A stretch of 63,087 bases of DNA, counting the filler, from Octopus bimaculoides (lineage: Eukaryota): the NCBI RefSeq assembly GCF_001194135.2. It is 7 parts of 7 records of this genome, joined end to end, with 100 filler letters (N's around TTAATTAATTAA, not from the genome) between each part and the next. Parts side by side here need not be neighbours in the genome. Positions count along the whole stretch, not along the records: positions 31,712 to 51,145 come from NC_068981.1; positions 51,246 to 58,635 come from NC_069003.1; positions 58,736 to 61,718 come from NC_068993.1; positions 61,819 to 63,087 come from NW_026373111.1; 3 more parts are not named here. The stretch is one strand, 5' to 3'. Of this stretch, positions 50,381 through 63,087 are shown piece after piece (positions within the stretch are counted from its first letter, which is position 1; every line of letters begins with the position of its first letter). The notes beneath the pieces are model-generated. The model saw nothing but the letters and a program-made list of their open reading frames with translations. It searched no databases and was not told where the DNA came from. The translations under genes and the position numbers were made by a program.

Positions 50381-51525
50381 GAGATACATATATAAATGCA
50401 TACATATACATACATACACACAAACTCCTGTGTGTGTGTGTGTGTGTGTGTGTGTTAAACGTACAATATGCACACAATGGAAAGTCTGCCACCTACACAG
50501 AAGACATTGCATCTAAGTGCTCCTATGACTTATATTTAATACGAGAAAACTGATTACTTGACTTCATATCTACTGGGTTATATGACTGTTAAATACAATA
50601 TATGGCTGCATAATGTACAGCTTCGATGATAAAAGAAGATTATACGAACTATTGTTAGAGCTCATCCAGTATTTCAACTATATCCTATATCAATGGAGAT
50701 GTTTCAATCATCTGATAAACGATGATATTGCTGAACTATTCTTATTTCTATATTAAATGTTTAGTTTCGTATTTTGTTCGGAAGAGTCAGTAATTCATTT
50801 TCCATTACATGCAATGATAATTTAATTTGTAGATTTATTGATATTTTAACAGACATTATTGCCAAGAGCTGCAATTTATTCTCTTCTAATGTGTTATATC
50901 ACATCCACAAACTAGATTATGAAGCTTCAGTAACGTATATTTTAATAGAGACTATACGTCTCAGGTGTATAGGAAATAAAGTTGATCCCTATTTTAATAC
51001 GAAATATAACGATAAGGTAGAGATAGGCAATTGAAGTCCTGCAATGAAACAAAATACATGAAATCTGTTATTAAAGAAGAACGGTTGGTCATTCTTCTAA
51101 AATCCTTATAAACAATTATGATTTCTGATGAACTTTTGACAAACTNNNNNNNNNNNNNNNNNNNNNNNNNNNNNNNNNNNNNNNNNNNNTTAATTAATTA
51201 ANNNNNNNNNNNNNNNNNNNNNNNNNNNNNNNNNNNNNNNNNNNNGTGTGTCTGTGTGTAAGAGAGACCGTATGTGTATGTCGGTGTGTGAGAACATGTG
51301 TACGTGTCTGTGTGTTTGAGCATGTGTATGTGTGCAATGTGTGTGTGAGTGTGTGAGCATGTGTATGTGTGTGTCTGTGTATGTGTGAGAACATGTGTGT
51401 GCGTGTCTGTGTGCCTGTGTGAGACTGTATATGTGTGTGTGTGTTTGTGTGTGTCTGTGGGGGGTCTGTCAGTGTGTGAATATGCGTACGCATGTGTATG
51501 TGTGTTTCTGTGTGTGAGCATGCGT

Positions 51526-51560
<35 letters not shown>

Positions 51561-51565
51561 CATGT

Positions 51566-51645
<80 letters not shown>

Positions 51646-51704
51646 ATAGGTGTGGACATGTGTTGCTATGCTGCCTGTAAATATGTGTGTATGTTTGTTC
51701 TCAC

Positions 51705-51905
51705 GTCCGATAAGTTCACTGTCATCAAATCACCGCAGGGAAAGTTCACCGTCATCATTTCACTGTTTTTGTTTGTATTTTTAGTTTCTTCCAATAAAAC
51801 ACTTTTTAACTCTTAATGATGAGATAATTTCGATATATTTTCTCGGTAAACTGTCCTCGCGGTGAACTTCCTTCGCGATGAATTGATGGCGGTGAATTTG
51901 CCGGT
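51705..51905. mobile_element. Degenerate MITE-like relic with sub-repeated inverted arms
   Basis: AAGTTCAC(C/T)GTCATC repeats at 51712-51765 face GCGGTGAA(C/T)TT repeats at 51845-51900; no TSD seen. Confidence 0.4.
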
Positions 51906-51995
51906 AATCGTTCGTGCTCTATATCTCCACTAGCGCGAACGTGCGATTGATATTATCTCTGATATATTCCAGTTGTTATTTGTTTCGCATCAGTT

Positions 51996-52070
51996 GATGG
52001 CATGTGGCTTAGTGGTTACGGGTATTCGGCTGACGATCGTAAAGTCGAGAGTTCGATTCCCGGCGGCAAA
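51996..52070 (+). mobile_element. Isolated tRNA-derived SINE head (another family)
   Basis: A box TGGCTTAGTGG and B box GTTCGATTCC; no acceptor stem. Confidence 0.7.
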
Positions 52071-52149
52071 TATTATGTCTCGGTAGATAAAATAGTAAAC
52101 AAAAAGAACATTAGATTTATAACAAAAATGATGACGGACTGCTATGCTA

Positions 52150-52232
52150 CGGAGACGTAAACACGCGAACACCGGTTGTCAAGCGGTGATGAGGCAAAGA
52201 GACACACACACACATATATGTATGTGTGTAAG

Positions 52233-52308
<76 letters not shown>

Positions 52309-52550
52309 TATATATATATATTTGTGTGTGTGTGTGTTTGATCCCCCACCGCCATCGCTTCACAGCCGATGTTGGTAAGTTTACGTCCCCGTAACTTAGC
52401 GGTTCGGCAAAAGAGACCGATAGAATAAGTTCTAGGCTTACAAAGAATAATTCCTGGAGGTCGATTTGCTCGACTAAAAATCCCTTTACGGCGCTGCTCC
52501 AGCATGGTCGCAGTCAAATGACTAAAAGAATACAAGAATAAAAGAATTAT
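52150..52550. mobile_element. Family C SINE tail segments in inverted orientation around a (TA)n tract
   Basis: Minus fragment ~52150-52215 and plus tail ~52325-52550. Confidence 0.8.
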
Positions 52551-52670
52551 ATGTACGTACAGACAAGACAAACATACATACATACATACATGCATGCATG
52601 CCTGTATGCATACATACATACATACATACATGCATACATACATAAATGTATGCACGCATACATACATACA

Positions 52671-52775
52671 TACCCTGTTGTTGATGTTGAAATTCTAATG
52701 AAGGGCACTTGGATCTAGGTTAGAAACCGGTTCTTTCTCTATTGGCAAGAAATCTTAAAATAAACTGAAGGATGA
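52671..52775 (+). repeat. ~105 bp dispersed element embedded in (CATA)n, copy 2
   Basis: Matches the reverse complement of 1596-1683; (CATA)n on both sides. Confidence 0.85.
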
Positions 52776-53119
52776 CATACATACATACGTACGTACGTAC
52801 ACATCAGACGCTGTGCGCGTATACGTTACTAGACGTGCGTGCATATGATCCGGGGTATCAGACGGTGTTAGCCGCTAACCACCGGGAGTTATATTACAGC
52901 TAAAAATCTAGTAAAACATATGTAATTAAGTGCTTATATTGCTGGAAGAATACAAAGAAAGAGGACATATTTCACAAATAAACGAGGCAACTAAAATATT
53001 GCTACTCTCTCATTTTCAGTGCAGAAATATTATTGTTTCAAACGGTGTCTGTTACAATAGGGGTTTAAATGATCGCGTTAAGTGCTGAGCTATCTGGCAT
53101 GTGTGTGTGTGTGTATGTG

Positions 53120-53152
<33 letters not shown>

Positions 53153-53269
53153 NNNNNNNNNNNNNNNNNNNNNNNNNNNNNNNNNNNNNNNNNNNNNNNN
53201 NNNNNNNNNNNNNNNNNNNNNNNNNNNNNNNNNNNNNNNNNNNNNNNNNNNNTATATATATATACGTAT

Positions 53270-53490
53270 ATGTCTGTCTGTTTGCGTTTGTCACCCACCA
53301 CCATCTGACAACCGGTGTTGGTGTGTTTACATCCTCGTAACTTAGCGGTTCGGCAAAAAAAAACCTGATAGAATAAGTACAGGGCTTGCAAGAGAATAAG
53401 TCTTGGGGTCGAGTTGTTCGACTAAAACCATTCATGGCTGTGCCGCAGCATGACCGCAGTCAAATTACTGTAACAGGTAAAAGATAAAAG
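53270..53490 (+). mobile_element. Family C SINE tail
   Basis: GTAACTTAGCGGTTCGGCAAAA...GCATGACCGCAGTCAAAT. Confidence 0.88.
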
Positions 53491-53659
53491 ACAAGGTGTG
53501 TATATATATATATATGTGTGTATGTATATGATGCGTGTATATATATATCCGTGTATGTTTAGATATACAGACGTATATATGCACACTTGCTAACTATATT
53601 TTAGAGAGTTAAACAGAGTGGTTTAGACCTATATACCACTCTTTGTTGAAACGATTAAA

Positions 53660-53716
53660 ACAGAACAAAAACGACAACAAACAAACAAACAAACAAACAA
53701 CAGTAACATCAAGAAT

Positions 53717-53750
<34 letters not shown>

Positions 53751-53859
53751 GCTAGAACAGCGGGGAAAAAATACAAACCCATTGAATCAAGCAAGCCGAC
53801 AAAAGTTTTGATACCTCAAACAGGAGAGAAAGCAACAACAACAAAACAGCGACAACGGC

Positions 53860-53890
<31 letters not shown>

Positions 53891-54073
53891 ACAGCAACAA
53901 CGTCAGCGTCAGCCTCAGCAGTAAGAACAATAAGAACAGTGGCAAGAGCAGTGATAACCGGAGCAGTGTCTAGAAATCCGTTTCGGGACCTTAAGAAGCC
54001 CGGAAAAGCACAGCATGGGACAACTGGGTTTTTGTGTAAACAGGAAGTAATAGCAGAACTCACCAGATTTTTT

Positions 54074-54129
<56 letters not shown>

Positions 54130-54173
54130 ACAGACAGAAAGAGGAAGAGAGAGAGAGAGAGAAAAGAAAAACG

Positions 54174-54218
<45 letters not shown>

Positions 54219-55200
54219 GTGGTGATGATGATGGTGGTGGCGGTTGCGGCGTTGATGTTGGTGCTGGAGGTGCTTTTAGTGGTTGTGATGAAGGCGATGA
54301 CGATGATGATAATGATAATGATGATAGATATTACTACTGCTACTACTACTACAACTAGTGATGATGATGATGGTGATAATAAGCTTTTCTTCATTGGCCA
54401 CAAGGGTGACGAATGGGAGACGTTTCAAAGACGATTCGCAAAAACAGTGCATACACACACAAACACACACACACACACACACACATTTACATGCATACGT
54501 ATGTACTTACACACATAGATAGATACATATATACACATACACACACATATATAGAGAGAGAAAGAGAGAGAGGGGAGAAACAGAGACAGAAGCGCGAAGA
54601 GTTCGGTGTCAAGTTAGTGTTAAGAAATTTCCTGCAGAGAACATTAAATTGTTAACTAGAAATAATTATGTTGTGGGAAAAGAAATTAATGTTAATCAAC
54701 GATTGATATTGTTTTACTGATTTCGGAAAATACGCAGAATAATTTCGAGCGTGTTTCGCTCTTATTATTCCTTCATCAGCGGAACATGGATCTTAGTGTA
54801 CTTGACGAAGAGTGACGGAGATATAACTGTGTGCAAAATGACATCATTACGTGTGTCCATATATATATATATATATATATCTCAATTAGAAAAAAATTAC
54901 TTTTCACTATGCATTCACCATCGAAACCACCACCACCATCATCATATCATCATTACCATCATCATCACCATCATCATCATCGTAAACAACAGCAACACGA
55001 AGAACATGTACATCAAATAAACTTCAGTCCTTCCAGTCGGGTGTCTAAATTCATTATAAATTGATGAAACGAAGAGTTAACATGGACAATATACCTCCAC
55101 CACCACCATCACCACCACCACCATCACCACCACCACCACCACCATCACCACCACCGCCACCACCAACACCACTAGCACCAGCATCGTCCCCACCACCAGT
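53660..55200. repeat. Compound microsatellite field (AAC, CAT, GA, AAT, GAT, CA, CCA)
   Basis: Directly visible; source of the poly-T/H/Q/N/P ORFs. Confidence 0.9.
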
Positions 55201-55766
55201 TATATACGAGCGAAATGACGACGTGCTTCATCTATTTTTTTTCTGGCCAGTTAAAATTATCCTTAGTTCTTAGAAAAACAATGGCGATTTGTACATCCTT
55301 TCTCTGTGTGTGTCTGTATGCGTAGATGTCTGTACGTGTGTGTTTGTGCTTGTATGTGTGTTTGTGACTATACATTGTAACATGTATATCAACAATAGGA
55401 CTGAGAATTGATATCTCTGGGGAGGCATCTCTATGTACTAAGCTCACTTACCGTAGACGCTTACTATTTTTTCCTCTCTCTCTTCCCTCTCTTTAGCTGT
55501 TGCCTTTTCTCTCTCTGTCTCATTCTTTCTCCCCCCCCCTCTTTGTAAACACACTTGTATGTAAGTCTGAATATTTGCACGCACTTATGTATATGTTTAT
55601 CATATATATTATCATTATGTTACTACGTAGATATCTCTCTATATTATATACATAAAATATGGTATATATAATTTCATTATATACTAAATAATTATGTTAC
55701 ATAATAGTTTATGTATATATTAACTTTAGTATATATAAATATTCGTACATATACATATATGTATAA

Positions 55767-55813
<47 letters not shown>

Positions 55814-56879
55814 NNNNNNNNNNNNNNNNNNNNNNNNNNNNNNNNNNNNNNNNNNNNNNNNNNNNNNNNNNNNNNNNNNNNNNNNNNNNNNNNNNNNNNN
55901 NNNNNNNNNNNNNNNNNNNNNNNNNNNNNNNNNNNNNNNNNNNNNNNNNNNNNNNNNNNNNNNNNNNNNNNNNNNNNNNNNNNNNNNNNNNNNNNNNNNN
56001 NNNNNNNNNNNNNNNNNNNNNNNNNNNNNNNNNNNNNNNNNNNNNNNNNNNNNNNNNNNNNNNNNNNNNNNNNNNNNNNNNNNNNNNNNNNNNNNNNNNN
56101 NNNNNNNNNNNNNNNNNNNNNNNNNNNNNNNNNNNNNNNNNNNNNNNNNNNNNNNNNNNNNNNNNNNNNNNNNNNNNNNNNNNNNNNNNNNNNNNNNNNN
56201 NNNNNNNNNNNNNNNNNNNNNNNNNNNNNNNNNNNNNNNNNNNNNNNNNNNNNNNNNNNNNNNNNNNNNNNNNNNNNNNNNNNNNNNNNNNNNNNNNNNN
56301 NNNNNNNNNNATATATATATATATATAATTATACATATACATACACACTTACACATACATATGTATATATAATTGAGTAACAAAGACGTACCGGTGTCAA
56401 TTCATTACAGCCGTTTCAAGCGACTCCTTTAATTGATTAATAAAAACATTTTTTTTAATGGTATTTTGGGCGTCTGCAAATGAGGCAGTCTTCGGAGGAA
56501 TTTTGAGTTTTTAGTGATCTTCCTTTCCTTGATTCTTCTCGTCCTCCTCCTCCTCCTCATCATCATCATCATCTTCTTCTTTTTTCCCTTCTTATTCTTT
56601 TCTTCTTCTTCTTCTTCTTCTTATTCGAGATGATTGAAATTAGCAAGTTGCTTAAAGAAGTCGGACAGCATTCTTGGGAGTTAGGTGGATGAGATAGATT
56701 TTGAAGCACAGTCCATTCAAATTTTGGAGTATTATTTCTTACAAATGGCTAAATATGTTTCATATGTGTGTGTGTATATATATATATGTGTTAGAAAAAT
56801 AATAAGGTACTAAGATATCTAGTACATATATATACATACACATATATGTATATATACATTTATATATATATTTGTATGA

Positions 56880-56911
<32 letters not shown>

Positions 56912-57886
56912 TCACTATATGNNNNNNNNNNNNNNNNNNNNNNNNNNNNNNNNNNNNNNNNNNNNNNNNNNNNNNNNNNNNNNNNNNNNNNNNNNNNNNN
57001 NNNNNNNNNNNNNNNNNNNNNNNNNNNNNNNNNNNNNNNNNNNNNNNNNNNNNNNNNNNNNNNNNNNNNNNNNNNNNNNNNNNNNNNNNNNNNNNNNNNN
57101 NNNNNNNNNNNNNNNNNNNNNNNNNNNNNNNNNNNNNNNNNNNNNNNNNNNNNNNNNNNNNNNNNNNNNNNNNNNNNNNNNNNNNNNNNNNNNNNNNNNN
57201 NNNNNNNNNNNNNNNNNNNNNNNNNNNNNNNNNNNNNNNNNNNNNNNNNNNNNNNNNNNNNNNNNNNNNNNNNNNNNNNNNNNNNNNNNNNNNNNNNNNN
57301 NNNNNNNNNNNNNNNNNNNNNNNNNNNNNNNNNNNNNNNNNNNNNNNNNNNNNNNNNNNNNNNNNNNNNNNNNNNNNNNNNNNNNNNNNNNNNNNNNNNN
57401 NNNNNNNNNNNNNNNNNNNNNNNNNNNNNNNNNNNNNNNNNNNNNNNNNNNNNNNNNNNNNNNNNNNNNNNNNNNNNNNNNNNNNNNNNNNNNNNNNNNN
57501 NNNNNNNNNNNNNNNNNNNNNNNNNNNNNNNNNNNNNNNNNNNNNNNNNNNNNNNNNNNNNNNNNNNNNNNNNNNNNNNNNNNNNNNNNNNNNNNNNNNN
57601 NNNNNNNNNNNNNNNNNNNNNNNNNNNNNNNNNNNNNNNNNNNNNNNNNNNNNNNNNNNNNNNNNNNNNNNNNNNNNNNNNNNNNNNNNNNNNNNNNNNN
57701 NNNNNNNNNNNNNNNNNNNNNNNNNNNNNNNNNNNNNNNNNNNNNNNNNNNNNNNNNNNNNNNNNNNNNNNNNNNNNNNNNNNNNNNNNNNNNNNNNNNN
57801 NNNNNNNNNNNNNNNNNNNNNNNNNNNNNNNNNNGCTAACGTTTCTGCCAGCTCGCCGCCTTATATATCTTATATATATATATAAG

Positions 57887-57929
<43 letters not shown>

Positions 57930-58735
57930 ACGTACACACACGCATTCAGAGATGCATCTGTTGGCGTATATTAGGAAGTTGTCTTTTCTGTCTTTCTCAA
58001 TAATTCTTGACATATACAGATCTTATCTACGACTCTTTCCTCTTAACATTTCTGGAAGCTTCTTTGTGGCTGCTCAAATTGTTGTTGTTATTGTTGTTTG
58101 AGGTGGTGTTGGTATTGTTTCTATTGTTATTAGGCCTCGGCGTTGTTGTTGTTCATATTGTTGTTGTGGTCGTTTGAAGCCTTTCCTCCTTTGTTCGTTA
58201 ATTTTCTGGTTGTTTTTCGGTTTTTTTTTTGGGTGGGGTGGAGGTTAGTTTGTTTGTCTTTTTTTTAATTTGGTGGTGTTCTTGGTATTGCTACTAATAT
58301 TTAGGGTGTGGCCTGGGCGGCAGAATGCCAGTTAGAAAGAGGAGGAGTGAGAAAAAGAGACAAACAGACAGACAGAGAAAGAGACAGACATAACAAGCGA
58401 GACAAAGAAAAAGACAAAACGAGAGAAAGTGTGAGAGGGAGAGAGAAAGTGAGAGAGAAAGAAAGAGAGAGAGAGAGAGACAGAAAGATATACAGAGACA
58501 CGCTCGAAGAATTGTGAAGATCATCTTACATGAAACCATTGGTTGCCCTGTTAACCCTCAAATAAAGAACATTTATCTACCAATGTAGTGTTAAGAACTC
58601 ATTCTCACTGGTCGATATTAGCGGACATATGTATANNNNNNNNNNNNNNNNNNNNNNNNNNNNNNNNNNNNNNNNNNNNTTAATTAATTAANNNNNNNNN
58701 NNNNNNNNNNNNNNNNNNNNNNNNNNNNNNNNNNN

Positions 58736-58796
<61 letters not shown>

Positions 58797-59419
58797 GATA
58801 TATATATACATATATGTTATATATTATATGTATTTGCTTTGCTTATCAAGAACTAAATTGTTCGATGCCCCTGGTTGTAGTTTGAGGATGATGTGTTATT
58901 TCTGACAGAACGATCCCATGCTGGTTCATTTGGGCTTGAAAGAAATGTCTATCAGTCAATTACTGAAATCGATTAACCGTTTGAATCACCCTCCGCTCTT
59001 GTAAACATTTTTGCGATTCTGTAGTAACGCTTAACAAATCTATAGCGATAACAAATTGTTATTTGCAGGATGAACAGCAAGAATCGAAACAATGACCTGC
59101 ATATTTATTTCCAATGCGTTTTAGCTGCGCGTTCGTAAGATAATGATTTTTGTTTTCTTTTTGAGTCGAAGTTTCAAGTTTCAAGACAAGTGTTTGTACT
59201 TTGCAATTGTTGTTAATTTTAACGAACGTTTGTAAAAACTTGTTTCAATCTAACATGGCATTCTTTGTGACAACATGCTGGTAACGATCCTCTTTTTTAA
59301 TACTATCTTGGGAACGTAGACACATTTCCGAAATCGTATTAAATAAGCCAAAATATTTGTGTTATTTCATGAGAGAGATGAATACTTACAGCAGTAGATT
59401 TCGATAATTTTGTGCATGC

Positions 59420-59766
59420 TAGAATTAATGGGAGCGGAAGTAGTGGGAGAGCATCATAGCCATGTGTTGAGAGGAATTACTTTGGAGTTTGAACAATTCA
59501 CCTCTGGAAACATGGGCGTTTTGTTAACCATCCTGAAACAAACCCTATCCAGGATGAGCAGGATAGAGTACTCAACCTGCAGAAAATTTTAACTAGGTCC
59601 CACTACCAAAATCATTCGCTTTTTATCTTGATATGAAATCCCCACGCCGCACACATATTGACGTGATGCATGTGCCTGGTGTATCCTTATCAGACGGGTA
59701 GTCATGATGAGTATAATGGGTTTCGTATATTTTACCTCAGTGTCAATTTGATGGCATGCGCAGCTC

Positions 59767-59767
<1 letters not shown>
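59420..59767 (+). repeat. AAT-tailed non-coding element, 5'-truncated copy
   Basis: Aligns with 60075-60428; followed by (AAT)n at 59767-59833 and (AAG)n to ~59899. Confidence 0.88.
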
Positions 59768-59862
<95 letters not shown>

Positions 59863-59899
59863 AAGAAGAAGAAGAAGAAGAAGAAGAAGAAGAAGAAGA

Positions 59900-60428
59900 A
59901 TGCACCAACAGACAGTGGCTCTCATGGCCTCTAATCTCAACTGATTAGAAGTGTTACCATGTACATTGTTTTGTCTCGGTATAAAAGATGGCCTGCGGCA
60001 AATATTCTGCTCAATACCACAGAGTTGCTTCTCAGCTGTTTGACCTTTACCTTAGAGGCTGATGATATGTGCATCTCTGATCACGAGCAGAAGCAGTTGG
60101 GGAGTATCATGGCCATGTGTTGAGAGGAATTTATTGAGGTTTGGATAATTCATCTCTGGAAACATGAGTGTTACATTCAACATCCTTAAACAACCCATAT
60201 TCAAGGACTTCTTGCGCGGGATGGGCTACTCGAACCGAAGAAAATTCTAACTGGGCCCCACCTGCAAGGTCATGTACTGTTTATCTTAGTATGAGATCAC
60301 CATGTCGTGCCACATATGGTTGTGATGAATGTGCCTAGTGTACCCTTATGAGACGGGTAGTGATGATGGGCTTCCTGTATTTTACCTCAGTGTCACTTTG
60401 AATGCATGCCCTGCTTTCTCACTCAATA
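59900..60428 (+). repeat. AAT-tailed non-coding element, ~530-nt copy
   Basis: Ends GCATGC...CTCTCACTC-like sequence plus AATAATAA; no recognisable ORF. Confidence 0.88.
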
Positions 60429-60565
60429 ATAAGAGAAGACCTAGTTTAGTAGTAGTAGATATAGAGAATAGTATGTGCCTGATAATTGACTTTACAGTCC
60501 CAAATAACGAGAAGATCAATATAAAAGGTATTGATAAAATAGCAGAATAGCAGGACCTAGTCATC
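60429..60565 (+). mobile_element. Short R4/Dong-like RLE fragment starting in the AAT tail
   Basis: RRPSLVVVDIENSMCLIIDFTVPNNEKINIKGIDKIAE*QDL. Confidence 0.75.
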
Positions 60566-61959
60566 ATTGGATTACAGACTATAGAAAGAATGGGAAAATT
60601 GCATCCCTGTACATGTTGTGGCCTGATGTTAGAAATTTTCTTCTTTTGCAACAGTCTAATCTGTTCTGTGTAAGAATAATGATAAGGATAAAAAAATATT
60701 TCAATTATAGGCACAAGGCCTGAAATTTGGGGAAAGAGAATAGTCTATTACAGAAGAATATAAAGAGTAGGCCCATTCACACGAGCCATTTTCGCAAACA
60801 TTCACCCAAATTTCAGTAAAATTTTACTGGAACACAAACACACCAATGCAGGATACATAGTCATATACACACACACACACAGACACACAGATACACACAT
60901 GCACACACACACCAATTTATACAACAACAATGGAATAAACAGGCCTTAATTTCAGATTACATTCGTTTACATGCTGTGGCAACAGCCGTAAGATTGTTGA
61001 ATTTTCAGTCTCATACCATTACATTAGCTATTTTATAAATGATTACATAAAAACATGTTACAAAGGCAGTTGTGTGACGGCACTTCATCCAGTAGATTGC
61101 TTTTAAAGCATTGCATGTGGTAGCCGATAACAGTACAGGAGCTTTTAAATGAAGGTCAAGAGATTATTATCCAGGTAATTTTGAATACATACATACATAC
61201 GTACATACATACATACATACATACAGATGTATATTCTTCTACTTCCTCCCTTTGTTTCTCCCTCTACCACTCTCTCTCTTCCCCTCGTTCTTCCTCTGTT
61301 ACTACTACGTATCTCGCTTTACCCCTCTCGTTCTTCCTCTGTTACTACTACGTATCTCTTTTTTCCCCCTCGTACTTCCTCTCATTCTATTTTCCTCTCG
61401 TTGCTCACCTATTCTTCTACTTCCTCCCTTTGTTTCTCCCTCTGCCACTCTCTCTCTTCCCCTTACACCGGCATGGTCACATGCTTCCGGTCAATAATCC
61501 TTTTCTTCCTTGCTTGTCGCCGAGCAAACACACGAACCATTCGTCCCTACTTTCAAGTTCGTGCCTCACAGCGTTCACACACAAACAATTTTTCTCGTCT
61601 GGCCGTAAAGCCTTTTCTGTTTGTTTTCCTGTCTTGTTTTTTGTCCGCCACAACATTCCTCCATGGCAAGATTTAATTTGTGTATACAAATTTAATTTGC
61701 GGTCCATGGGAAGAGCTGNNNNNNNNNNNNNNNNNNNNNNNNNNNNNNNNNNNNNNNNNNNNTTAATTAATTAANNNNNNNNNNNNNNNNNNNNNNNNNN
61801 NNNNNNNNNNNNNNNNNNATTAAACAATCTTGATGACCTTCTTTAGAGTAAGTGTTGAGGAGTGTCTCACTGTTAGATTATCTCTTATTCTCTAATTCAA
61901 AATGATAAACCCAACACATTTAAGGAAACTGGATTTGCCTCAAGCAATGTCAGATATTA

Positions 61960-62330
61960 TCGAAATGTGATCAGCCTGGTGCCCTTTTAATCAGGTGTNN
62001 NNNNNNNNTATTATCGAAATGTGATCAGCCTGGTGCCCTTTTAATCAGGTGTCAGAAGAAGCAACACCCACCAAGCAGAAACTTTCATCATGCCAAATTT
62101 ATTGTGTAGAACATTCTCAGCTTTCACACGTGATACGCTAATAACACTGGCAATTTATTTTTTTTTTGTCCAGTGGAGGCAGTTGCAGACTGTTCAGATC
62201 ATTAGTCTTCTCAAATTAGTTAATCAGTTTTGCACTGTTGATAAAACTGGAGCATCATCCTCCGATATATCAACATGTTCTTGAGGACTAAATCCTTTTT
62301 CTACAGGTACTTGATAACAGCATGATGCCA
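61960..62330 (-). pseudogene. Mariner transposase N-terminal remnant
   Basis: GFSPQE...DDAPVLSTVQN*; GMMKVSAWWVLLLLTPD* (degenerate KVSARWVPRLLT). Confidence 0.75.
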
Positions 62331-62478
62331 AATTTTGTTCATCTTGAAGAGAAGTCACTAATAGTTACTTTTGAAGTTTTCTCTGAACATTTAAATGTCA
62401 GTTTACCAAGAAAGAAATAATGAAGCTATAAGAAGTGTTAAAATGGAAGTAAGCCGAGTTTTTGCATCACTCCATAAT

Positions 62479-63087
62479 TCACACGTATATAAAAAAAAAA
62501 CTGTATAAATATATTCCAAAAGTTTTCCTACGCTCACACGTTTTGTTAATGAAACGTTTCATGAGGATGTGCAACGTGTTTTCATCGTATATTTTTTTAT
62601 GTACATGCATTATGGCACAATGTGTAAGACGGTGCTGTGTCATTGTGGTACGGAGCCAGGTCTTCAAATGGCGAAGTGCACTGAACGTTCTTTCGCTTGA
62701 TGCAACAGATACAGGTGAAGACAAGACAAGCTGCATTAACGCCAACACCTGTGACACACTAGAATGAAAAATAGCATCAGACACTCTCCATTTTTCAACT
62801 ATGTGATTAAATGATTTAGGCAAATTTTCCCTTTCCGTCCGTAGGCCAGCAAGAAGTTTGAATTGAGATGACAGTAAGAGCAAATCAAAAGAAGCAGGTA
62901 GATGTACATTTTCAAAGTTAAATACTCCACAATTGACTGCTGACAACAGCAACTCCTCTTGCTCAGAGCATACACGTATTCCCTGTTGCTGAAACCGGCG
63001 AGTCAATTCATTTTTGATGACAGCCACTATAGAGAAGAATTGCCGACGCCAGTCATCGGTGACAGAAAGAGCAACTTCTTCAGTAGT
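62479..63087 (-). CDS. hAT-family (Tip100/ZMYM1-like) transposase C-terminus with dimerisation domain; partial, runs off the window
   Basis: Frame open for ~200 codons to the window edge; LMQLVLSSPVSVASSERTFSALRHLKTWLRTTMTQHRLTHCAIMHVH. Confidence 0.88.
   Translation of the reverse strand, partial: TTEEVALSVTDDWRRQFFSIVAVIKNELTRRFQQQGIRVCSEQEELLLSAVNCGVFNFENVHLPASFDLLLLSSQFKLLAGLRTERENLPKSFNHIVEKWRVSDAIFHSSVSQVLALMQLVLSSPVSVASSERTFSALRHLKTWLRTTMTQHRLTHCAIMHVHKKIYDENTLHILMKRFINKTCERRKTFGIYLYSFFFIYV

Noticed and set aside
53643-55273. Poly-His/Gln/Thr/Asn/Pro ORFs resembling a transcription-factor low-complexity region
   Set aside because: Explained by adjacent microsatellites open in several frames; no domain or convincing splice pair.

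Overview
Eukaryotic, AT-rich, microsatellite-saturated draft-assembly sequence with many N gaps. The SINE repertoire points to a coleoid cephalopod, most likely Octopus (inference from recalled repeat families, not a database search). I see no complete protein-coding gene and no real tRNA/rRNA gene or CRISPR. The window reads as intron/intergenic DNA with one well-signalled, unidentified minus-strand exon (19251-19356). It is mostly transposon debris: about seven R4/Dong-like restriction-like-endonuclease (RLE) retroelement fragments, several of them abutting (AAT)n; two Tx1/L1-clade ORF2 fragments; Penelope, L2/CR1, Chapaev-like, Tc1/mariner and hAT remnants; three or four tRNA-derived SINE families; and a Merlin-like MITE with an inverted telomeric core. 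Best candidate for an undescribed system: a 361-bp tandem/inverted repeat at 28820-29790. One monomer holds a complete-looking type I hammerhead ribozyme on the minus strand (29044-29093, GUC cleavage triplet), which fits a non-LTR retrozyme. Most ORFs in the supplied track are microsatellite or N artefacts. Repeat boundaries are read by eye and approximate unless stated as exact.
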